A program made the position numbers and the translations under genes. From Macrostomum lignano (taxonomy: Eukaryota), in contig NIVC01001119.1 in NCBI GenBank assembly GCA_002269645.1, forward strand, positions 124,001 through 188,000: 64,000 bases of DNA. Direction: 5' to 3'. Positions 51,544-64,000 of this stretch are shown here, piece by piece (within the stretch, counting starts at the first letter, position 1; every line of letters begins with the position of its first letter). The notes below the pieces were generated by a model. That model did not search any database and was not told where the DNA came from. It saw only the letters and a list, made by a program, of their open reading frames with translations.

Positions 51544-52541
51544 GAATATAATCCACTTTGGTAACATCCACTTTGGTAACAGCCACTTTGAAAACAAAAA
51601 AATGACTACTTTGATAATAGCCACTTTGGTAATAGCCAGTTTGGTAAAAAAGCAGATTTATGATTATCAACTTTATATCTTTATGGTAATTAATTACCTT
51701 TTGCAACAACAAAGGGCTAGGCAGCATATTGAAATTGAAAATTCAAAGTAATTAATAAAAGGAAAAAATAGATTCTATAGTTTTAAGTTGTTAACTTAGA
51801 TAATCTAATGTGCATCATATTTAATCAGTTATACCAAGATGGAATTTTTGTACAAAATCCTAGATGTATTTCATGCACATTGACAAAAACTTGTGCACTT
51901 GTGCGCATATTTCTAGCAAACTTGTGCAACTTTAAAAGGTTTATATGCATGCAACTTATTGTTCTAAGAAATATTGCATAACTAATAACTTCAAAAAAAA
52001 TTTAAATATTGCACTTGTTGCAGTAAAACAAAGTTATTCCATATTTAAAAACAAAGCCTCTGCAAACTACATTAAACTCAAAAGAAAATTATAAAATTTA
52101 TTTTAACTTTAACAAAACATTGTAAAAAAGTTGCTTAAAAAGTCAAGTGCCAAAGAACTTGCATGGTTTTGGTTCCAAAATTATCATGCAAAGATTCCAT
52201 CTTGGCAGTTACAAGATGTCTTAGTGCATGTATCTAAGGTAAGATATAAGGTCTAAGGTAAGGTATTTTAATCTGGAAATTAAAATAGATTGGTAAAAAC
52301 ACTTTTAAACAAGTTAAACATATGTACTATGTAGATGAACATTCTCTCAAAGTGTATGAGAATATATCTTAATTATTTTTGTTGTTCTTCTTTTAAAGTT
52401 CATAGTTGCATTCTTTTGAAACATATCAATTATTATATACATGTACTATTATTCTAAGTTTTTACCATAGTGGCCATTACCAAAGTGGTCATTTTTTGTT
52501 ACTAAACCAAAGTGGCTATTACTAAAGTTGACTATTACCTT
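51544..52541. mobile_element. about 1-kb non-autonomous TIR element with subunit-built TIRs (MULE-like)
   Basis: 51550-51650 (CCACTTTGGTAA subunits, AACAAAAAATGAC) is an imperfect inverted copy of 52458-52540. AGCAAT occurs as a direct repeat on both flanks (51538-51543, 52542-52547). Confidence 0.6.
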
Positions 52542-55271
52542 AGCAATCTAATCACAGAGGTCTACCTTCTAGACTTTGAAGCTGCAGCTTGGTAGGCTAC
52601 CAGCCTACCATACTCCCAAAGATGCTGTTTTGTGGGGAAAATTCTTGTGTGCAACAAGGTCCCAGGCAGCCATGTGCGGCCTTCACGGCGTGCAGCCAAA
52701 AGGCGGAAATTATTTTGGCATGCACCGCGCAAATATTTTATTTACTCCACATTTTTGGTAATGACAATTTTTTTATTTTAAATTGAATGTCTCACGATAA
52801 TAACACAATGTGTATAACGAGAGATCTTTTTGTGTATCTACAATAAGGAAAACAAATTTTGCGTGATGCAATACAATTTTCAGGCATTATAAAATAGTAT
52901 ATAATAAATACAAACTATAGTATTTTGTTTAAGTATTTCTTTTTTTCATTTTTATTTGAAAGTATGTCTTGCATTAATTATTCAATGCAAAGCTTACCGC
53001 TTACATAGATAGGCCTAGATCGATAGATCTAGATCCCTTGTTGCCACTTACCTGTGCTGTCTTAGTTTACTATGGATAGTTTCTTTTCTTTATTTGAATT
53101 TTAAATCTCTCGTTAAAAATTTAAATCTAAAAAATCTAAAATTTAAATTTAAAAATTTAAAAAGTCATTTAGCTTGGCGTGCATGGGGTATATATGTGAT
53201 TTGACCTTCTGCGTGCGGCGTGCAAGGGCAAAAATTATTTTCCCGTGCATTAAGCATACTCAGGACTATGGATAGGCTATCTCTTTCACTGCATCAAAGC
53301 TATTTTTTACCAAGTATAACAGCAAGTCCTACAGGCTATAGCACTATAGCAAGGATATCTGATGGACTCAGGCAATTGCAACTTTATTTGGATGCTTATG
53401 GCCCTGCCCTGCCTGCCAGTGGAGCATATGAATGACATTATCTTACCTAACCTAAATGAAATATATGTTTATAATGACATAGGAATTTATTTCTTACCTA
53501 GGCTAGGCCGCCTAGGCCTAGTCCCAACTAATTGGCACTAAACTAAAGACAAAATAGGCCTATACAGGCTAGGCCTAGGCCTATAATAGTATAAATATGA
53601 GGTAAGATTTCAATTAAGATGAGATTACAAAATCACTATATACCGCTTACATTAGGCTTAGGCCCACTTTTACTAAAAATGGCCTATCTTTTTTTTTAAT
53701 ATTAGGGCCTATTACTATTAGGCCCCTAAGTATTATTATTAATATATAGGTCTAATAAAAAATAAATTTAGAAACGAAATTTTCAAAGATTAATTCTCGG
53801 GAGTTGTTCTAATTTTGATTCTGGGAGTAGCCATATTAAAAAATTATCGAAAATAACAAAACAAACGCTATTCCGTCGTTTGCTCTGCAGCTAAATTGTA
53901 AAGTCAGGTGTAGGCCTGATGAAAGCGAATATTGCATAAAAATAAGACAATTTTTTGACTTAAAAAGTTCTTATAAAGCTTACAAGATAAAACAAATTTT
54001 TAAACTGTCTAAGCGAACTTCACTTCACTTCTTATTTTGCACATTTGTAATTAGCAGTTAATGCACTGCCACTAGTGGTATGTTTTTTTATTTTTGACAA
54101 ATATCGTCGTCGTCACTATTTACGATTATTAAAACCTATACGTGATCAAAAAAATTCTAGTTCGAAACCCGACAAGCAAGACAAAAGGCAAAGGCAAAAA
54201 GCAAAAGGAGCAGCAGAAACTTATTTGTAAAATACAGTAAAGTGCATGCTAAAACATCTCTTTTTTAAATCCATGGCTTACAACGCACAGGAAAAAATAG
54301 ATATAAATCTCTAATTCTTAGAGTTCAAGCAAGGACTACTTGACAAAATTCCAGTGGTCTTGAGTTATTTGTTTATAATAATCATGAAATTAAAATTCCG
54401 CATTGAAATCAGACACTCAGCCTAAATAGAAAAAAAACCATTAGACGTTCAGATACATTTAATGCTTCTATTATTTTTAGTATCGTACGAGCTACTTTTC
54501 GAGAGTTTCAGTTTTCGCACTTTTTGCACCTTAACGATAATGAGACATAGCTCGTACAATCTTTGATAGAAAGACTGAAAATTGATTACAAAGCCAATCT
54601 TCTCCAGCAACTTTCAAGAGAATTTTCCTTCAACACTCGTTGCCGTGGACTTTGGCCAGAGATTCGGCAACGGCCGGGTTGCGATAAAAGTGCAGCTATC
54701 ATGCCTGCTGAACTGCTCCCTATGAAATCGATGGCTTATGTAAAACGACTGATCATTTCTTATTTCCAGGTTGCGCTAATCTTATTGTCTACTTTCAGCA
54801 TGGAAAGTCTGTCAACTGTGCCAGAATAAGTCCGCACGATAATAACGTACGTAATATCCAAGTCAGTACAAGATTTAAACAGATTGCTACAATTTTATTA
54901 ATGCGTTGAAATAGTATCTCGCAATTAAAGTACATTATACATTTACACAAAAAATCCGATGCACTTTTGCAAGTAAATTCGTAAGACTTGAAACGAAACC
55001 GAGATGTTCCAATGTACTTTAGTTGCTATAATCGAAAATTTTCTATACATGTTAATTTATCCATATGAAATGTAAAACAACATTGGTCCTACTACAGGCA
55101 TTGATAAAATGTTTTCTTTAATCAATAGACTAAGTTAAAGTTGACGTTGAACACATACTCTGAAAATTATATCGACAAGTCATTTTTATTGATATACTAC
55201 GCTTTTAAGTAAATGCTTCACTTTAAAATAAATAGAAATGTAATAATCAGTATATATTAAATTTTAAATAA

Positions 55272-56387
<1,116 letters not shown>

Positions 56388-56885
56388 TGACTTTAGAAAT
56401 ATGGCCATAAAATATAACAGTTGGTCACCGAAAATACCGCACAGAAGTACAAAACAAGTTATGTTGCCTGCCGCTTGCTTGTGGAAGCAATTTCGAATGT
56501 AATGCAGCATTGAATTGAATATGGATTCAGTGATAGACAGCTCTTTAGATCTGCACTCTTTGGACTTTGAACGAAGATTCACTCTTTTTGAGCACGACTG
56601 AGTACTTAGGTTGTCAAATCGCTCAATGCGCCATCGTGAGCGACAGTAGTGCAGCAATGTCAGAGGGGTAAGCAATTGTTTCTTAGAAAGCTGCTGAATC
56701 GATTTCTTGACGACAGGCTTGCCAGTTTATTGACGTTTACAGTCTGCAAGTGAATGCAAGGCACGCTGGTATTGATCACCATAGGTACCAGGCTGAAACA
56801 TTTAACTGTCTACTTAGTTGCGAGTATCTATAGACCATTAAAGCGCTGCAGAAAATGCATTGTAGAGAAAGGACAAATGCAATTT

Positions 56886-57780
<895 letters not shown>

Positions 57781-58402
57781 TTTACTCTCCCAGCTAGAGC
57801 AGTCTACAGCGGCTCCTGATAGGCCAGCCCAACACTGAGCAATCGGCCCTGCTAATCAGCAATTAATAATCCAATTGTAAGCTTCTGACTACAAACTATG
57901 CAGCTATGCTCATAGAGACTGCAGGAAGGGGAAGTGCAGCGAGAGCCGCAGGCCACTCCCAGCAACGGGAGCGGCCCACCCAGCGTCCCAGTAACTACTG
58001 GCCTATAAGCTGCAGCCTTGGCCACCCCATCAAGCGTCCCCATTGCCGAACTAAATAAAGTATATCCCACAGCACCCGTCCCGCACTCCCAATGCCAAGC
58101 CTATAGGGAGCTTCCCTCTCAGCATCATCGACTGGGCCACCAAATTCCATTCTGTTCTCCTCTCTCTCACTCTCCCAGCCTAGCCCCAGCCACCTGCTCC
58201 CCTATTGTTCTTCACTCACCGTCCATCTATTTAAAAACACCAGTTTTGTCGCACAAGCATACAAATCGTATTGTAAGCATCTTAGCGCTTTTATACAGGC
58301 ACCGGTCCGTACTATAGGAGTCCTATACTACACTTTTAGTCTTTTCTTTTTAAGATTAGCACTTTTATAATATAATCGTAATTCTTAGAAAGTCAGTTTA
58401 AA

Positions 58403-58558
58403 ATGCGACTTTATCGAGCGGTGCTGACTGCTGTGCTGGTGCTGGCAGGGGTGCACATTGCCTTGGGCTCGCTATCCATTGTGCTGGGCACAATATCTTC
58501 TATTCAAGCTGTGATTTGGATGGCCCATCGCGTGTCTCCGATCTGGTCTGGCGGATTT
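58403..58558 (+). CDS. TMEM196/TMEM212-like (CD20-type) 4-TM protein, exon 1; model 188 aa
   Basis: MRLYRAVLTAVLVLAGVHIALGSLSIVLGTISS...SPIWSGGF|GTGAGT. The SPxWSG motif after TM1 is typical of CD20-like/TMEM196 proteins. Confidence 0.8.
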
Positions 58559-58714
58559 GTGAGTCTTTAATTGTGACTATTGATGCCGGGATCATCGTTT
58601 TGATTGACAGGTGCGATTGGGAAAATTGCTTATGGAAGCTGAGATAGGGACACTGAGATTGGAGCGGCATTGGAGAGATAAGGAGAGAGTGGCATTGTAG
58701 AGAGGAGGAAAAGA

Positions 58715-58965
58715 TTTTAGTAAGGAGGGTGAGATTTTAGTAAGGAGAGCGAGATTGTAGGTAAAGGAGAGTGAGATTGTAGGTAAAGGAGAGCGAGATT
58801 GTAGGTAAAGGAGAGTGAGATTGTAGGTAAAGGAAAGCGAGATTGTAGGTAAAGGAGAGCGAGATTGTAGGTTAAGGAGAGCGAGATTGTAGGTAAAGGA
58901 AAGCGAGATTGTAGGTAAAGGAAAGCGAGATTGTAGGTAAAGGAGAGTGAGATTGTAGGGAAAAA
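58715..58965. repeat. 22-bp minisatellite GAGATTGTAGGTAAAGGAGAGC
   Basis: About 11 copies in the 5' part of intron 1 of the 4-TM gene. Confidence 0.9.
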
Positions 58966-59585
58966 TAGAGTGAAATTGTAGGGAGAAGGAGAGTGGGATT
59001 GTTGGAAGAACAGTAAGATTGCAGTGAGAAGGAGAGCAAGTTTTGTGCGAGATGGTGTGAGCAGTGGACGCTGAACTAGGTTAAAATTACTCGTAGCTAT
59101 GGAAAAGTGCAAAGAGTAAGATTGGATACATTCACTAATGAGCATAGAAGCGGATATCTGATACTGTCATACTGCCTGCAATTCAATGATTGCAGAGAGC
59201 AGTGGTGCAGAACCATCAGTAGCTTAGTTAACGCAGCTAAATTATTCCATCAATGTGTCAGAAAATTAGGTTACAGTTTCACAAAGCTATATACTTAATG
59301 GGCAAATGCAGGTCTGACCTCAATTCGAAATTGACATGGAATACACGCATCTACAGCTGCAGATCAAAGTAAAATTGGATTACTCCTGGAGAAAAGAATT
59401 CACCGAACCAAGCCCAAACTTTTCTTATTCCTAACGAAATCAATTCTGTTCTCTCTCTGTGCGTGAGTTTGTGTGAGTTATAGAAGCTATAAAAAGGCCA
59501 GATTCGCTGTCTGATGAAGCTTATTTATGCTTGTGTCTTAGGTGACTGCTGCACTTTTGCACATTACTAATACTGTGTATAAGAG

Positions 59586-60364
59586 TGTAGGATTGCAGCT
59601 CCAAATACTGTAGGATTGCAGCTCCAAATACTGTAGGATTGCAGCTCCAAATACTGTAGGATTGCAGCTCCAAATACTGTAGGATTGCAGCTCCAAATAC
59701 TGTAGGATTGCAGCTCCAAATACTGTAGGATTGCAGCTCCAAATACTGTAGGATTGCAGCTCCAAATACTGTAGGATTGCAGCTCCAAATACTGTATGAT
59801 TGCAGCTCCAAATACTGTAGGATTGCAGCTCCAAATACTGTATGATTGCAGCTCCAAATACTGTAGGATTGCAGCTCCAAATACTGTAGGATTGCAGCTC
59901 CAAATACTGTAGGATTGCAGCTCCAAATACTGTAGGATTGCAGCTCCAAATACTGTAGGATTGCAGCTCCAAATACTGTAGGATTGCAGCTCCAAATACT
60001 GTAGGATTGCAGCTCCAAATACTGTAGGATTGCAGCTCCAAATACTGTATGATTGCAGCTCCAAATACTGTATGATTGCAGCTCCAAATACTGTAGGATT
60101 GCAGCTCCAAATACTGTAGGATTGCAGCTCCAAATACTGTAGGATTGCAGCTCCAAATACTGTAGGATTGCAGCTCCAAATACTGTATGATTGCAGCTCC
60201 AAATACTGTAGGATTGCAGCTCCAAATACTGTAGGATTGCAGCTCCAAATACTGTAGGATTGCAGCTCCAAATACTGTAGGATTGCAGCTCCAAATACTG
60301 TATGATTGCAGCTCCAAATACTGTAGGATTGCAGCTCCAAATACTGTATGATTGCAGCTCCAAA
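59586..60364. repeat. 23-bp minisatellite TGTA(G/T)GATTGCAGCTCCAAATAC
   Basis: About 34 near-identical copies in the 3' part of intron 1. Confidence 0.97.
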
Positions 60365-60566
60365 TCATGTACTAGATGACCCTGTAGCAAACATGTAGAG
60401 TCAATGATAATTTCATGCCAAGCAGTAATTTAAAGCAGAATTGATTCGATTATTACGAGCCTCGTAAAACAAGAAGAAGACTGATTTAATTAATTTATTG
60501 AGGCATCGCTTGCTTGGCTTTAAAAACATTTTCAGTCTGACAAATTTGTACTTTTAATACCCGCAG

Positions 60567-60623
60567 TTCCTGGTCACTGGCACGATTGGTGTGGTCTGCG
60601 TTAAAAGGCAAACTGTCTATATT
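60567..60623 (+). CDS. TMEM196-like protein, exon 2
   Basis: CCGCAG|FLVTGTIGVVCVKRQTVYI|GTGAGT, phase 0 at both ends. Confidence 0.8.
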
Positions 60624-60759
60624 GTGAGTCCTATTGCTTACTACTTATAGTAGCTAACTTACTACGTTGATGTCTATTTATTTCTCCACTTTGATCATCA
60701 GAGTCGCCACTTTGAGTAACACGAGCTTTAGGCATCAGCTCATCGACATCTCCCAACAG

Positions 60760-61113
60760 ATCCTCTGCTTCTCAGCCTTCTCCGTCGTGTCTCTCCTGAC
60801 TGCCGTGATCAGCATCCAGCTGCTGCGGCTCGGCCTGGTGAACCACACCACGGACGGCCACACCTACCAGAAGGAGACTCTCGACACCCTGCTGCTCTGC
60901 GCCCTGGGAGCCGCTGGCACAGAATGCGTCGTCTGCGTAGTCAGCGGCATCGTCAGCTGCCGACTGGCCAAGCTGGCCAAGTCCGAGGCCGGCGCCAAGC
61001 GGGAGGCTGTGTTCCACGTGGAGGTCTACGGCCAGAAGGACGTGGTGGTGGTCAGCCGCAGCGGCGTTGATGGCAAAGTGGAGCGGAAGCTGCTTGACGC
61101 TAGCGAGCTGTGA
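60760..61113 (+). CDS. TMEM196-like protein, exon 3
   Basis: CAACAG|ILCFSAFSVVSLLTAVISIQLL...VVSGIVSCRLAK...SEL*. It has two TM helices and GC3-rich codons. Confidence 0.85.
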   Translation: MLCFSAFSVVSLLTAVISIQLLRLGLVNHTTDGHTYQKETLDTLLLCALGAAGTECVVCVVSGIVSCRLAKLAKSEAGAKREAVFHVEVYGQKDVVVVSRSGVDGKVERKLLDASEL

Positions 61114-62285
<1,172 letters not shown>

Positions 62286-62889
62286 CTTTCGGTGTGACAT
62301 CAGCATCAATCATCATCTATACATACTGGCTATGAAACCAGCTAAAGATTTTTTTTCAAGGATTCAAATCATGCTCACGTTGAACTCATACAAATAAAGC
62401 ACAACAAGTTTCAAGTCTTTATATGGAATAATTGTAGTAAAAATAAATAGCTTTTGGGTGCAGTTTTTCGACTAAATTGTTAACAAGCTCTACAAAATTC
62501 TCAAAAAGAATTAAACTTATGATATATCTATCTACTAAGGAAAGAATAAGGACTACATGCACAAGATATCGACTGCTCTGAGCCGCAGCGCTGTTGCGGT
62601 AATCACGTGACTTTAAATTAAAATGTACATCGGATTAAAAGAGAAAAGGTGCCTATAATAAAGTGTACGAGTTAGCTTGTATTTACGAGTACACTGTGCC
62701 AAATGAACATCAAGGTCCACAATAAAATATTTTATGTAAATAATTGCAAGAAGCATTCTGTCCATTCTGCTGACTCATGAGTACATGCAAGTGCGCCAAT
62801 GCTGTTACACAGACACGAACTCATACACAACGCTCACACAGGGTGTACTGCTATTGGGGGGGGGCGGAGTCATCAGGTGACGAATCTAC

Positions 62890-63127
<238 letters not shown>

Positions 63128-63203
63128 GAGGGGTCAGCGGAATTGGAATGCCCTTAGAAAACAAGCTAACTAACAAACCCGAGCGCTGGCTGCCTCCCAG
63201 AGT

Positions 63204-63707
63204 CTACTGAAGCTCAATAGTCAAGCTCTGTCTTCGCCTTCTTGTTGGTCTGAGCAACAGCAGCTGCATTTGCTCTTCGCGAGATTCAGCAGCAGAAGCA
63301 GCAGAAGCAGCACTGGGCTCTCTAAACTTAGCTCGCCGATTTTCTGCTGCAGATCTTCGCTGGGATTTTCGTCTGACCATCAGTTGCGTTGAAAACTGAG
63401 CAATAGACAGGAGCAGCAGCAGGGCCAGCAGCAGGTCGCCGCCTCCTCCGGCGCTGTCAATCCAACCTGCCCGCACCGCTTCCAGAGTTGCTATGGCAAC
63501 ACCGTTCGACAGCCTGGTGAAGGGGAACATGTAGCGAGAGGGCACTCCGGTTGCTTCCTCGGAGGCCGCGTAGGCGAAGGTGTTGAAGCAGCCGACCCCA
63601 ATGCCGCAGGCTAGGGAGAAGGGCCACTGCAAGCTGCCGGGGTCGTTAAGTACACCTAGCCAGCCAATCAGAGAGCAGAGAACAGTAAGAGAGCCGAGCA
63701 TGTACAC
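63204..63707 (-). CDS. last coding exon of a multi-pass membrane protein, probably an MFS (SLC16/MCT-like) transporter
   Basis: Acceptor ATCCAG|GTG. Several hydrophobic helices with Gly-rich MFS-like spacing (LACGIGVGCFNTF...GWIDSAGG..LLLALLLLLS) and a charged C-tail. Upstream exons lie beyond the window. Confidence 0.6.
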   Translation of the reverse strand: MYMLGSLTVLCSLIGWLGVLNDPGSLQWPFSLACGIGVGCFNTFAYAASEEATGVPSRYMFPFTRLSNGVAIATLEAVRAGWIDSAGGGGDLLLALLLLLSIAQFSTQLMVRRKSQRRSAAENRRAKFREPSAASAASAAESREEQMQLLLLRPTRRRRQSLTIELQ

Positions 63708-63771
63708 CTGGATGTTTGCAGTTGGTGCTATTTGTCAGATTAATTCTGCTATAATCAACCAATGTGTAGTC

Positions 63772-63774
<3 letters not shown>

Positions 63775-63844
<70 letters not shown>

Positions 63845-64000
63845 ATCGATCAGTCAATCAATCGATTAACCAACCAATCAATTAGCAATCAATCAATCAA
63901 TCAATCGATCAATCAGTCAATCAATCAATTAATTAACCAACCAATCAATTAGCAATCAATCAATCAATCAATCGATCAATCAGTCAATCAATCGATTAAC
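63775..64000. repeat. (AATC)n microsatellite
   Basis: Intronic, starting about 65 nt from the acceptor at 63708. Confidence 0.95.

Noticed and set aside
51962-51970. STAT (TTCN3GAA) site upstream of SOCS7
   Set aside because: The motif occurs several times in unrelated AT-rich parts of the window, as expected by chance.

Overview
Eukaryotic (metazoan) genomic DNA with GC-rich exons, AT-rich spacers and a very high minisatellite load. The style (poly-Ala/Gln/Gly exons, huge CTGT arrays) suggests a Macrostomum-like flatworm, which is inference only. Five spliced protein-coding genes were reconstructed by hand with GT-AG junctions and consistent phase: an atypical class A GPCR (-, 2 exons), TM9SF3 (-, 4 exons), SOCS7-like (-, 3 exons), a TMEM196/CD20-like 4-TM protein (+, 3 exons) and the last exon of a probable MFS transporter (-). 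Mobile DNA includes a decayed 5.4 kb Mutator-like (MULE) transposon with 160-200 bp TIRs and a spliced PHD-MULE transposase, a tRNA-derived CORE/V-type SINE, a 1 kb TIR element, and possible Helitron and hAT remnants. The most striking unexplained structure is that nearly every intron end and stop codon is hugged by its own minisatellite, and several arrays occur as reverse-complementary partners (both ends of SOCS7 intron 2, both sides of TM9SF3 exon 2, the TM9SF3 3' region). This suggests a repeat-based RNA pairing or splicing architecture, which remains a hypothesis. Most long ORFs in the supplied track are translations of these repeats. No rRNA, functional tRNA or CRISPR array is supported.
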